Shown here: in pieces, positions 1 through 11,317 of the stretch
Layout of the letters: the number at the start of each line of letters is the position of its first letter
How positions within the stretch are numbered: position 1 is the first letter of the stretch
Assembly (NCBI GenBank): GCA_013265495.1
Contig: MU061578.1
Coordinates: 4,351,308 to 4,415,307, forward strand
Origin: Vicugna vicugna
Taxonomy: Eukaryota
DNA length: 64,000 nucleotides
Reading direction: 5' to 3'
The notes under the pieces: model-generated
The model's database searches: none
Seen by the model: only the letters and a program-made list of their open reading frames with translations
Told to the model about the DNA's origin: nothing
Made by a program: the position numbers and the translations under genes

Positions 1-1704
1 TTCTATAAAGATTCTTTACAAGTAAAAATTTCCATACTTATCTGTTGTATCAAATAATCATTATGTGGTTGGACTTAAGGCTCTTTATCCATAGAGGGGG
101 CCCCCCACTTCCCTCCATGGGGAGATACTGCTTTTCTTTGCTCCTTCCAGTGCAGCCTTTCACATCTAGTGGGCACCCAGGTTATCTTTGATAACCTGTC
201 CATAAACTTTTTCCATTTACTTACGAGTGAAGTTTCTTCTGGTTGGCTCCTAAGGATTGTTGTCTGAGAAGTTCACAGCCTGAAGGGAGCAGGATTGTCC
301 TGTTTGATGCTCAGGCAGATAAAATTCCCCAGCCTCACAAGTGAAGAAAGCCAGTCGTCAGTATTAGGAACTTGGTGGTGCAGCACCCGCACAAAGGGCG
401 AGTAGAAATCAGGACCCAGGTCTGCTCTTTCCCGAGTTCCCACCAGAGCAGCCACTGCCCCCACCTCCCCAAGAAAAAGGGCGAAATTGATTCCCAAATG
501 CTTTTTGATATTAAAGCAATTTAAGTAATAGGTTTTTAAACTGTCACAGAGGTGATCTTGAGGGCACAGTGTCCAGGGCTTATATTTGCAGGCAGTGATC
601 TGGGTAGTTGGGCGAGGGTCTCCTTTCTTTGTTACCTGAAAAGATCTCTCAGCCCCCAGTACTGGGAGGAGACCCAGGACAGGCACTGTAATGCATTTAT
701 GACAAGGACCTTTGGGAAAGCCAGGCCAGGAGCCCTCTGAGTTCTTTCTCGGGGGGCTTTGGTGGTGCGGGCCTTTGAACCTACTCCATGAGAGATGAGT
801 CAGGAGGAAGGCAGTATTTATTGACCTTTTGTTGAGCCCCTTCTGGGGACCCGGGCATGCAGTGAGGGTAGTGGAGCGAGCAGCTTGGAGGCCAGGCAGG
901 AGTCTGGATGCTGAGGTCCTAAGGGCGCTGGAGCAAGAACATGGGGGTTTTGCAGGGGCTGAGGGTTGTGTGCAGACGGCAGCCCTGTGGGGTGGCAGGG
1001 ATTGGGATGGTAAGTATTTATTGGGTAGCATTTCAGGCTCAGTGGAAGGAAGAGGAGCTGGGGCAGAGTGGCCTGTGGCTGACAGGGCTCTACAGAATGG
1101 TTGGGCCAGGGCCTGCCCTTGTGTACCCAGGGTTTCTTAAGGCACGACCTCAAGCCATCAAGATGGCCTGACATCCACACCCACACATGATTGTGGCTGC
1201 TCTGATCCCAGAGCTGTAACATCCCTCCTGAGAACTGGAGGCTGGGGCTGCCTTGAGTTCCTTTTCTGACCCCAGGGAAGGGGGCTGGGCGCCTGCAGGT
1301 CAGACCAGAAAGCTGCCTTGGCACAGCTGTACCTCCTGGCTACAAGGACGACCCTATTACATTAGTCTCCACCCACTTCCCTTGGAATCAGCTGGGAGCC
1401 GGCAATCTTTGGCCTGTGTGCCTGTGGGCTCACAGGTGTGCAGTCCCAGGTGTGCACACTGGAGGGAGGCGTGGTTTGAGGCATTTCTTGCCCCAGCAGC
1501 CCTGCTCCAGATGGAGTGGGAGCAGCCACTTTTAAGGAACAAGATGGTTGGATCTGGGGCCTTTTGGAAGCCCTTCTGCCTTGTGTCAGGGTGAAGGGGC
1601 AGGTCTCAGGGAAGTGCCCGGTGACCCCGCAGTGAGTGAGCAGTGGAGAGTGTCCAGGGCGAAGGCAAAGCCCTGCCCTCTTCCCCTGTTGTCCTTTTGA
1701 CCAG

Positions 1705-1823
1705 AGCCCGGAAACCTGGCCGGCGTCCGACACATCATCCTCGTCCTCTCAGGAAAGGGGGGCGTCGGGAAAAGCACCATCTCCACGGAGCTGGCCCTGG
1801 CCCTGCGCCATGCGGGCAAGAAG
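1705..1823 (+). CDS. NUBP2: NUBP2 coding exon 2
   Basis: ccag|AG CCC GGA AAC ... AAG AAG|gtgag; contains [10 protein letters not shown]. Confidence 0.95.
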
Positions 1824-3829
1824 GTGAGAGCCTCCTATCCAATCATGGTATCTGTTCTCCCCTAACGCCCGCGCCAGCTGCCCCTCGTGGGTGGACACGT
1901 GGGCAGTGGCTGGGTTCTTCCTGCCTGGTGGTGCTGGTCCTAGGGAGGCCCCTACATGCCAGTGGCTGTCCTGCCTCCTTGCAGGTGGGGATCCTCGACG
2001 TGGACCTGTGCGGCCCCAGCATCCCCCACATGCTCAAGGTGCAGGGCCAGGCTGTGCATCAGTGTGACGGAGGTTGGGTCCCAGTTTTCGTGGACCAGGC
2101 GCAGAGCATCTCTCTCATGTCCGTGGGCTTCCTGCTGGAGAAGCCAGATGAGGCTGTGGTGTGGAGGGGCCCCAAGAAGAACGGTAACAACCCGGGGGAA
2201 GGGGGACAGCACTGCCAGCCTCCTGGCCTCTCCTAGCTGCCCCCTCAGTGCTCAGTTAGAAAGCTGTGCAGGAACCCCAGGGCGGCTGGCACTCCTCCAC
2301 ACCGCCCTCCCCTGCAGCACCAGCCTTGGGTAAGGTTGGGAAGACTCCCATGCTAGCTGCTTCACTTCCCAAACTCTGCTGCCACTCAACTGAGCAGGCG
2401 GCCCACATGCGTTCAGGCTGTAGGCGCATCCGCTAAGACCTGAGGTCACCCAGCGTAGGGCGAGAGGTTGGGCTCTGGTGTCTCCACCCCAGCAAATGGC
2501 ATCACACTCCCTGTGTTGGGCGGAGAGAGGCTGCCAGGTGTGAGAGCACGTGCAGGGCCAGGGCTGCTTCCACGCCATGCTGACTGCAGGCCGCCTCTCT
2601 CAGGCACAGACACCCCAGGAGGGTCACAGCTCTGGCTGTCCTCAGCTAAGGCCTGAGCAGAAGTCTTGGGGCGGTGGGGGTGAGGGGGTGGGGAATGGTC
2701 TCCCTGCTGCCTGTGCTCGGCCTGTCCTGGTGAGGAAGGCACACACAGCCACCGTGATGCCGGCTGGGAGGAGGCAGCGCGCTGTGAGTGACACCCTCAT
2801 GAGACCCCTGCCTCGCCTGCTCTCCCCCTACCCCGGCCCTCCCTGGGTCTCCGCAGCACTGATAAAGCAGTTTGTGTCTGATGTGGCCTGGGGGCAGCTG
2901 GACTACCTGGTTGTGGACACGCCCCCAGGGACCTCTGATGAGCATATGGCCGCCGTGGATGCCCTGCGCCCCTACAGCCCCCTGGGGGCCCTCGTGGTCA
3001 CCACACCCCAGGTACTGCGGGAGCGCCATCCTGTCTGCCCGCCCGTGTGCGACCTCACTCCGGGCAGGCACTCTCCCTACTCTTTCCGCTCATCTTGACT
3101 GAGTTTTCAGGGTGCCCATCGGCAGGTCTTTTCTCTTTCCTGGTCTCCAGGCAGTGTCCGTGGGGGATGTGAGGCGGGAGCTGACCTTCTGTAGGAAGGT
3201 GGGGTTGCGGGTGATTGGGATCGTGGAGAACATGAGCGGTTTCGTCTGCCCGCACTGCGCGGTGAGCTGTGGGAAGTGGCGGGGTGGGGGCCAGCCCCTC
3301 CCCTTGAGTGTGGCACGAGGCCTGGAGGTGGACCCCACGCCTCTGTGTCCTAGGAATGCACCAACGTCTTCTCCAGGGGAGGTGGCGAGGAGCTGGCCAG
3401 ACACGCCGGAGTCCCCTTCCTGGGTGAGTGAGCCAGGGCTGCCCCTGGCCTCTGCTCCAGGTGGTCCCACCTCCCCACACCCCCTGCTGCAGGGGAGAGG
3501 AGAGAAGGAGTGTCCTCTGCCCTCCTGCTGTGTGGCACCTCACCGCTAACAGATGGGTTGCTGCTGCCTGGCTGGAGGGAGGCAGCCCCGTGGCGCTGAC
3601 AGCCGGCTCCTGGGCTGTGGGAGGTGCGTGACCGGGACAGGCCTTGCTCTCACCGCCTCCCCCTCCCCCGGCCCCCTTCCTCCTCTTTGCAGGCTCTGTG
3701 CCCCTGGACCCCGAGCTCACAAGGAGCCTGGAGGAAGGCCGGGACTTCATCCAGGAGTTCCCCTCCAGCCCTGCGTTTCCCGCGCTCTCCTCCATAGCCG
3801 AGAAGATTCTAAATGAGACACCCATTTGA
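1705..3829 (+). CDS. NUBP2: NUBP2, cytosolic Fe-S cluster assembly factor (Cfd1 homolog, Mrp/NBP35 P-loop NTPase); join(1705-1823,1985-2183,2857-3011,3151-3261,3354-3423,3693-3829); exon 1 is upstream of the window
   Basis: Spliced translation gives [25 protein letters not shown] (deviant Walker A), [25 protein letters not shown] and [11 protein letters not shown] (CxxC). All introns are GT-AG with consistent phases. Confidence 0.97.
1985..2183 (+). CDS. NUBP2: NUBP2 coding exon 3
   Basis: gcag|[12 protein letters not shown]...VWRGPKKN|gtaac. Confidence 0.96.
2857..3011 (+). CDS. NUBP2: NUBP2 coding exon 4
   Basis: gcag|[12 protein letters not shown]...[10 protein letters not shown]...VTTPQ|gtact. 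Confidence 0.96.
3151..3261 (+). CDS. NUBP2: NUBP2 coding exon 5
   Basis: ccag|[10 protein letters not shown]...[12 protein letters not shown]|gtgag. Confidence 0.96.
3354..3423 (+). CDS. NUBP2: NUBP2 coding exon 6
   Basis: ctag|[23 protein letters not shown]|gtgag. Confidence 0.95.
3693..3829 (+). CDS. NUBP2: NUBP2 last coding exon 7
   Basis: gcag|[15 protein letters not shown]...KILNETPI*. Confidence 0.95.
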
Positions 3830-4324
3830 CTGTCCTGACCAAGGTGGCCTTGAGCATCTCCCCTCTGTGGCCGTGGGGCTCCTGCTCACCTACTAGAGCA
3901 GAGGCACTGGGCAAGGTTCCTGGAACCTGCAGGCTGGGCTGCGCAGCACCAAGTGTTCCTCTCTGCAGGCCCTGTCGGTGCTTCAGCGGCATCTCGGTGT
4001 CAGAGCCACCGATAGTGAGTGGTTCTACCTGGTTAGCCTGTGGCGAGGCCCCGGGGGATCGTGTGCGGTCTGATGCCGTGGCCTGAGTGCCCTGATGGTG
4101 TATGATCACTCTTGGTGCGTTCTGGTACTCATTGCCCCAGGCAGGAGACAGGCTGCTCTTGACAGCCAAGTCCCCATGTTGTTCACAAAGCTCGTGTGTC
4201 TGGAAGCTTGCCAGGCCCCCACCGTCCTCAGGTGCCCTGGGCCCCTGCAGCCCATAGGCTGGTACTCATGGTATAGGAGGGAGCACCCAGTGAGGTGTCA
4301 AGCTTGTAACCCAGAAGAGCACAA

Positions 4325-4330
4325 AATAAA
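4325..4330 (+). terminator. Likely NUBP2 polyadenylation signal AATAAA
   Basis: First AATAAA downstream of the stop codon, about 500 nt away. Confidence 0.65.
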
Positions 4331-5215
4331 CGTGTCCCCCCACCGAGGTTACAGGTTTGACCTTTCTAGATCATTCTGCTCTGGTCCCACCTCCTCCACT
4401 TAGTGTGATGGTGTCCTAGAGCAGACAGCGTCCACTCCCTCAGTCCCAAGAGCTGGGCCAACAGCCCTGTTGTCGACAGGCCCCTGGCGACTCGGGTGAG
4501 GATACATTTGAATCGAGTTTGGGGAGGAACTTGTGATGTTGAAGAAACATGTGAGTAGTGACACTTGGCCCGTGAGAGTTAACTGCCCGCCCCGCGGTCC
4601 ACACTGTTGGGGCCTGGGGTGCCGACCTGAGGAGCAGGGAAGGTGAGTCTGGAGCAGAGTCCCAGGGCTCGTCCTGCACCCTCCCAGGAAGGCCCCGGGG
4701 GGAAAGGCTTTGGAAGGACGTTGGCTTTGCTATTCTTTCCAAGGGGAGGAGATTGGGCTTTGAGCAGAGAATACAGGATGGCCCCGGGGGACAGGGGGTC
4801 TGGAGAAATCACCCTCAGGTACCACTTTTGGGACAGAAGGGAAGACAGGAGTATGCCCCGGATGGGCATTCCCTGCAGGGGTGGGGGGAGTGGGGGCAGC
4901 ACCCTCAAAGGCTTTGGCCAGGAATACAGGGATCTGGAGAGCGAGGGTCGGCGCCGCTCTGGCCGCAGGCCAGCCCGGCAGCTTCCCAGGACCAAGCCGC
5001 CTCTGAAGACGGGCCCGCGCTCCACAGGGGGCGGGGCCTGGGGGTTAGTGGACATGACGAGAATCTGGGCACAGGACAGGGAGGGACACAGACGGTTGTG
5101 TGGGACAAGGGCAGCCAGAGGTGGTGTGGGCTGAGCCACACAGCAAGGGGCAGGCCACAGCATGCCTAGGCCAGCACTCCCCTCCCCAAGCGTCATCCCT
5201 GTGTCACACGGCATG

Positions 5216-5221
5216 TTTATT
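5216..5221 (-). terminator. Likely IGFALS polyadenylation signal AATAAA
   Basis: tttatt on + strand about 200 nt past the IGFALS stop, with an adjacent ATTAAA at 5231-5236. Confidence 0.65.
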
Positions 5222-5422
5222 AGGCTGCTTTTAATTGTTGACAGCTGGGGAGGGCTATGGGCCTTTGTGGTGGCCGTGTCCCTGACCCTCCTGGTCAGGC
5301 CCTCCAGGACCAGGCTGGTGGCCACAGGTCCAGAGCCTGTGCTGGCAAATCCCCAAGACTGTCCCCTGGGGTTGGGACCCCGGCAGGTGAACGGGGTGGT
5401 GTCCGGCCTGGGCAGCCTCAGG

Positions 5423-7227
5423 TCAGCAGCGAGCAAAGTGGTCTTCGCTGATGTCACGCAGGTCGAGGCCCGAGACGCTGGTGGGGCTGGCACAGGTGAT
5501 GTTGTTGTAGGTGTAGGCAGGCGGCTGGCGGTCATCGTCCCCCTCCACCATGGCCCGGACGAAGCGGGGCACGATGCTGGGGTGCTGCAGGGCCAAGGCC
5601 CTCAGGGCCTTGAGGGGGCAGCTGCAGTCCCAGGGGTTGCCCTCAAGCCACAGGCGCTCCAGGCCAGGTGGCTCGGGCACAAAGGTCCGCAGCGAGTTGT
5701 TCCGGAGGCTGAGGTAGCGCAGCCGCCCCAGCGGGGAGAGCACGCCCTCAGGCAGCACCTCCAGGCGGTTGTGGGAGACGTCCAGCCAGAAGGTGCGCTG
5801 CAGGGGCCCCAGGACGTCCGCCGAGAGCACCGACAGCCGGTTCCGGGAGAGGAGGAGGTACTCCAGCTTGCTGAGGCCCTGGAAGAGCCGGGCGGGCAGG
5901 TGTGTGAGCTGGTTGGAGGTGAGGTCCAGCTCGAGGAGCTCGGCTAGCCCCACCAGGCTCTGCTCGTCAATGGCCGTGATGCTGTTGTCCTTGAGGAAGA
6001 GCCGGCGCAGCCCTGAGAGGCCGGTGAAGGTGTGCAGGCCGACTCGGCCCAGGCAGCTGCCCTCCAGGTGCAGGCTGTGCAGCTTGCTCAGGCCCTGGAA
6101 CACCTGCTCTGGAAGGTTCCGCAGGCAGTTGCGAGAGAGGTTCATGACAGCCACATTGAAGAGGCCCAGGAAGGCGCCCACCTTAATCTCTTGGATTTGG
6201 TTGTTGTTGAGCCCGAGCACCTCCAGCTGGGCCAGGCCCTCGAACACCTTCTCGGGCAACTGCCGGATGCGGTTGTAGCCCAGCTGCAGCTCCTCCAGGA
6301 AGTGCAGGTCCTTGAAGGTTCGGGGCCGCAAGCCCGCGAGGGCATTGTGGGAGAGGCGCAGGACGTGCAGGCCCAGCAGGCCCGGGAAGGTGTCCTCCAG
6401 GAGGCTGCCCACGCGGTTGTGCGACAGGTCCAGCCAGCGCAGCGCCTTCAGGCCCAGGAAGGCGCCCGGGGCCACGGCCGCGATGAGGTTGTGGTCCAGG
6501 TAGAGCTTCTGGAGTTTGGGCAGCTTGACGAAGACGTTGGCCTTGACGCTCCGCAGGGCGTTCCTGCTCAGGTCCAGCTCCCGGAGCTCGCTGAGGCCGC
6601 AGAAGAGCGCGGGCTGCAGGTAGGCCAGCTTGTTGCCTGCCAGCACCAGCTCCCGCAGGTTGGCCAGGCTCTGGAACGCGGTGTCAGGCAGCACGGCCAG
6701 GCTGTTCCAGCCCAGGTTGAGGTCCCAGAGGTGGGCCAGACCCTGGAAGAGGCCCTCGTCCACCCGGCTTAGCAGGTTGTTGTTGAGGCCGAGTGAGGCG
6801 AGGCCCGGTGTGTGCAGGAAGGTGCGGGCTGCCAGGCTGCGCAGCTGGTTCCTCTCCAGGTGCAGGTGGTACAGGTTCGGCAGGCCCAGGAGCGCCTGTG
6901 GCTCCAGGCTGGCCAGCTGGCTGCCCTGCAGGTTGAGGAAGCCCAGGCTGGAGAGGTTCCGGAAGGCCGCCGTGGGGACGGAAGAAAAGTTGTTGCCATC
7001 CAGCCACAGGGCCTTGGCACCCTCTGGGATGCCGTCGGGCAGCCGGGTGAGGTTCCGGGAGCTGCAGAAGACGCTGAGCTCGTCTGTGTAGTCGTCGTGG
7101 CCGCAGACGCAGACTGCCGGGCACTGCAGGCCCTCAGTGTCTGCTGGCACCCCAGGTTCCACTCCCTCCAGGCTGCGGGGGCCCAGCGCTGCCCAGGAGA
7201 CCAGCAGCACCGCCAGGGCCAGGCCTC
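5423..7227 (-). CDS. IGFALS: IGFALS exon 2 coding part
   Basis: Acceptor ccccgcag|GA GGC CTG at 7227; open to TGA at 5423. Confidence 0.97.
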
Positions 7228-8349
7228 CTGCGGGGAGAGGGGCTTGGGGAGACGGCACTGAGGGGGCCCGGGACATGAACCCTGGGTGAGTAAGACACTG
7301 AACCTTCCAGGCCTCACACCTAGACTGCAGCATGCAACGGTTGAAAGAAGGCATAGCTAACTGGACTGGTGGAAGTATGAGCTGAGATATGAGGTGTCAC
7401 CCTCCCTTAAGTGAAAAACGGCAGCCAAGCAGGACAACTGGGGCATCTTCCGGTTCAAAACTAACTGCCCTTTCCACCCCACGGGAGCAGTTGGGTAGTG
7501 ATGCTTGTTCCAGGGAAAACTGAGAGCTGGCACCTAGCGATTAGGCCGTGTGTCCGTCTGCATCCCCAAGGTGGACACTCAAGCCAGGCTAGGCTGCTAG
7601 GCAGGCCTGGGGGAAGGTGTGAGCGAGGGAACATTCTGGAGCAGGCCTGGGTGGGTACGCACTTGCTGCCCTGAGGGTTTGGACAGTTGAGCTAGATGCC
7701 TGCTGCCCCAGCTAGACCCCCAGACCTGGGGGGCGCTCACCTGCTCCCTGGTGTGCGTGGCACTCACCCAAGGACTTGGCCCCTGTGGGATAGGCCTCAG
7801 GAGCAAACAGGGTCCCTAGACCGTGGACTCACCAGAGGTCAGGTTGTGCCTCAGGACAAAAGATGGCAGGCTCCCCAGCCATAGCTGCCTAGACTTTCCC
7901 TGGGTGCCAGGCTGCCCACAGCATCAGGCCCTGCCCTGCCTTCTGAGAGCTCCGGGTCCCGGGGTTGGTGCCCCACAGCCAGCTGGATGGGGCTTGGCTC
8001 CGATGAGGGACAGGGTGGCTGTGGCCTGGCCTCTGTCTGGCTGAGAGGACCCTGGCTTAGTGGAGGGTCCGGGCAAGGCCCCTGGGTGGTAGTGTGGGGA
8101 GCCTGTCCTCCCCTGCACTATAGGCTTGGTGGGAGGAGAGGAGGCAACAGCAGTTCTCCGGGGCACACCTAGGCCCCCACCACCCTGAGTTGCCACACTC
8201 CTTCATGGGCTCCCAGAGCCCCTGGCCCACCCCAAGTTGAGCCTTCCCTGCGGGCAACCCCTGCCTCAATGGGCTCAGGGACACAGGGCCAGCCACCCCT
8301 GGAGCGAGTGGCTTGGGCACACGGGGGCCTCACCTTTCCTTGGGGCCAT
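5423..8349 (-). CDS. IGFALS: IGFALS, IGF-binding protein acid-labile subunit (secreted LRR protein), 606 aa; join(8349-8334,7227-5423)
   Basis: Signal peptide [29 protein letters not shown], about 19 LRRs, LRRCT NPWDCSC...NNITCASP; two-exon structure with a phase-1 intron. Confidence 0.98.
8334..8349 (-). CDS. IGFALS: IGFALS exon 1 coding part (MAPRK+G)
   Basis: ATG GCC CCA AGG AAA G|gtgag; matches the known 16-nt first coding exon (human MALRK). Confidence 0.9.
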
Positions 8350-8643
8350 CCCGCGTGCAGAGCAGGCTGCAGGCAGCGAGCAGGGGGGGCGTCTGCTGGG
8401 GCCAGCTGCTCCTGCCCTCTGGATTTCCCCACCCGCTGCTGGGGCAGCCAGCACCCTTGTCACCGGCCAGCCCAGCCCTGCTGGCCCCAGCTTCGTTAAC
8501 CCTCTCCTGCCGGGCTGCCAGCATCGGCACTGAGCCCCCAGGGTGAAGATGGCATAGGGGACAGGCTGGGGGCTGCATCTGCCCTGAAGCACCTTCAGGG
8601 TACAAGGTGGGCTGTATGCAGACCTGAGGGCCAACAAGGGCCA

Positions 8644-8714
8644 ATCCCCCATCTTCCCATTCCCCCCATCTTCCCATCCCCCCATCTTCCCATCCCTCCA
8701 TCTTCCCATCCCCC
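8644..8714. repeat. Short tandem repeat, about 16-bp unit CATCTTCCCATCCCCC, about 4 copies, in the IGFALS proximal promoter
   Basis: catcttcccat units directly visible. Confidence 0.85.
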
Positions 8715-9058
8715 TGCAGGGCTGGGCGGAGCAGAGCTGGGGCCCGCAGGCAGTGGAGGGCGGGGGTCTCCTTTGGAGTAGCCTGTGAGGGGCTGGTGTG
8801 CAGCCAGCCCTCTGCTCGTGGGTGGGGGCCCCTTGGGCAGCTCCTGGGGTCTCCCCGCCCAGCAGATGGCCTTGTGGGAGTTAAGCTGGAGCAATACTCT
8901 GCCCTGGCATGCTGACCACTCCCACCCTTCTCCCCAGTTCCTAACTGCCTGGGTGGGATTCTTTCTTGTTGAAGCCCCTGGGGGCCTGGCCCAGCCTTGG
9001 CTTCTCCCCTGACCTCGGGGTCAGCTGGTGTCTGGCCCCTGCCCCTCCCCCCAGTCTC

Positions 9059-9067
9059 TTCTAGGAA
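9059..9067 (-). promoter_or_regulatory. STAT5 GAS element TTCCTAGAA (GH-responsive ALS-GAS1-like site)
   Basis: Perfect TTCN3GAA about 710 nt upstream of the IGFALS ATG. Rodent Igfals is GH/STAT5-induced through a GAS at a similar distance. Forkhead-like TGTTTGC lies at 9094-9100. Confidence 0.8.
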
Positions 9068-10299
9068 TGCCTGGCAGGGCCCCGGCCACTTTGTGTTTGC
9101 TTTCCCCGGCACCGTCCTCCCAGGGAGAGAGTGGGGGATGGCCTAGCCTCGGGGGCCAGGTCTTGTGGCCGTGAGACCAGTCTCCACCAGTAGTGGGGCC
9201 CAGGCTGTCCTCCAGGGCTCCTGTGGGGACACGGCCATGCTGCGCTGCACAGGCTGCAGCTGGGCCTAAAGCCACCACGGGTTAGATGGGGGAATGGGGT
9301 GTCTGCTGGAGCTGGAGCACCGTCCTCCCCTCTCCACCTGGGAACCCAGTCTCTGCTCTCCCTGCTCAAACCACACATCCCGGGGCTGGGCCTCCAGCCA
9401 CACTTTCCCTCATTACTGAGGACCCTTTCTCTGGCTGCCTTCCCACCATTTGCTCTGCTCTGCCTAGGGCAGTGGGCCTGAGCTTTGATTTTTTTTCCAG
9501 GTCGTTCTCAGCTTCTCTTCTGAGAAATTATAGATCTGCAGGGAGAAAGTCCACACCCAGAAATTTACACGGTAAACATACGTTTACACAGGACAAAGCG
9601 CAGACTCAGCAGGAGCTCCTGGATGGTGGGGCTGGTGCACGTGGCCTGGGAAGGAGAGTCAGTGTTTCCATCTTTTCAAGTTCAGAGGGCCTCAGAGGGT
9701 CACGGTGGGAAAGGTCCTGTAAACCCCCAGTTGAGCTTATGGGGCAGGGAACCCTTATCAGGTTTTTGGCAGCCGGATTAGGTACTTTTAAATGTTTCTT
9801 GAGTCCTGCAGTAACATGAGTGTTCAGCCCACTGAGTTTGAAAAGACTGCTGTCCTGGCCGCCCCGGGGCCGACTCTGGTCCCTGCTCCCTGAAGCGGCC
9901 TGTGCTGACTTACAGGCTCATTACCGCCCTCGTGTCTCTCCACCCGAGATCCCCCCCGAGAAGTCTGGTTTCCTTGCCAGTTTCCGATCTTTGCAGCAGT
10001 GATGCCATACAGAAGCCCTGGGCCTGGCTACTCCTGTGCTGTCATAGACACAGTCCTCCCTTCATCCTCCTTCACGCTGTGGGCGCCTGACCCGCCTGTG
10101 GCTTGAGGGATGTCCTGGTCGTTGCCAGCAGTGCCGCTGCAACCCCCTGGGGCCTGCATGCATGCATTTCTGTGGGCCCTGAGTGGAATCACTGGGACCA
10201 GGGTATGTTGTGCTGGCCGGAGGCCAACCCTTCCTGGGCAGTTGGGGGTCACACCCTCCTGGGGCTAACGGGAGTGCCCTTGACACCACCCTCACCCTG

Positions 10300-11260
10300 T
10301 CTGCTCTCAGCCACTAAGGCGGGTGGACGGTGGCTTTCATCGTTCCGTGTTGCCTCCATCACCAATGATGGCAGCTCATTAGCCAGTGGATTGTCCTGTT
10401 TGTTAAGTACAGTTAAGTCTCCTGCTGATTTTGTTTGAAAACTGTCCGGACGCAAGCTCCTTGGTCAGGTATGTGTGGCCCATGTTTTCTACTGCACCGT
10501 GGTTTGCTTCTCCAGTCTCGTCATCATTCTGATGAGAGTTCTTGATTTTAATGTGGTCTCACAAGATGCTTGTCATGTGGAAAGACTCCAAAAAGTTTTT
10601 TTAATGTAGTCTGAAGTATCCAGCTGTTCATTGTTTCTAGTCCTGTTTGGCACATGGACTTGAATGTATTCTCTTCAAACACCTCGTGAACATGTAACCG
10701 CCCTACCCTTCTCTGTGACATCCGTGGGCCACGCTGTCTCTAACTCACTTTCTAAGAGTGAGGTGGTGGTCCTTGCGTTCTGTTGGTGACGGTCTCCTCC
10801 CCACGTTTAGTGCAGGGCCTTTCCTCTCCTCCTGGCTCTCTGGCGCCATCTTTGCCATTAAGTCAGGGCCTGCATAAGCCCTTTCTGGGCTCCCCCTGAA
10901 CCAGAGGGAGAGCACATCCTCCCCCCTCCTCCCGCTCCAAGAGCATCTCGGCTATTAGTGGCCCTGCGCGGTTCCTTGTACACTGTGGGAGCAGCTTGTC
11001 AAGTGTCCAAAATCAAACAAAAGCCTGTCCAGTTGTGATGTGTGCTGCAGTTGGAGTTTCCCAGTCTGTGCACGTGGCCTGAGCCCGCCCTTTATCTGGG
11101 TCCTCAGTTCCCTTCAGTGGTCTTGTAGATTTCCACATTAAGATCTTGCATAGATTTTTTAGATTTTTTTCCCTTATAGATGGCTGTTTCTTTTAATACT
11201 ATTACAAGTGTTGTCTTTTTTCCTCCTTAATTTCATTTGGTTTGTCTAGGCTGAAGTTTT
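10300..11260 (-). mobile_element. Highly degraded L1M/L1ME fragments
   Basis: T-rich stretches resembling antisense L1 ORF2 3' region; boundaries approximate. Confidence 0.45.
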
Positions 11261-11317
11261 TTTCTAGAAGTATATTGGGACACTGTAGTAAAGTATTATC
11301 TGTGGTGCCTTTACCCA

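Noticed and set aside
273..1324. 252-aa and 168-aa minus-strand ORFs in NUBP2 intron 1
   Set aside because: No recognisable domain or coding-like composition
4579..5535. 318-aa minus-strand ORF overlapping the IGFALS end
   Set aside because: Alternative frame, low-complexity Pro/Ser/Leu content, runs past the IGFALS poly(A) signal, and is typical of GC-rich DNA
5162..7261. Long + strand ORFs (261, 246, 169, 153 and 149 aa) opposite IGFALS
   Set aside because: Expected antisense shadows of a GC3-rich, Leu-rich LRR coding sequence; no recognisable protein
7228..7354. ORF-track start (MPSFNRC...) as the main IGFALS N-terminus
   Set aside because: The true start is the 16-nt exon at 8349-8334, with a strong donor and an acceptor at 7227
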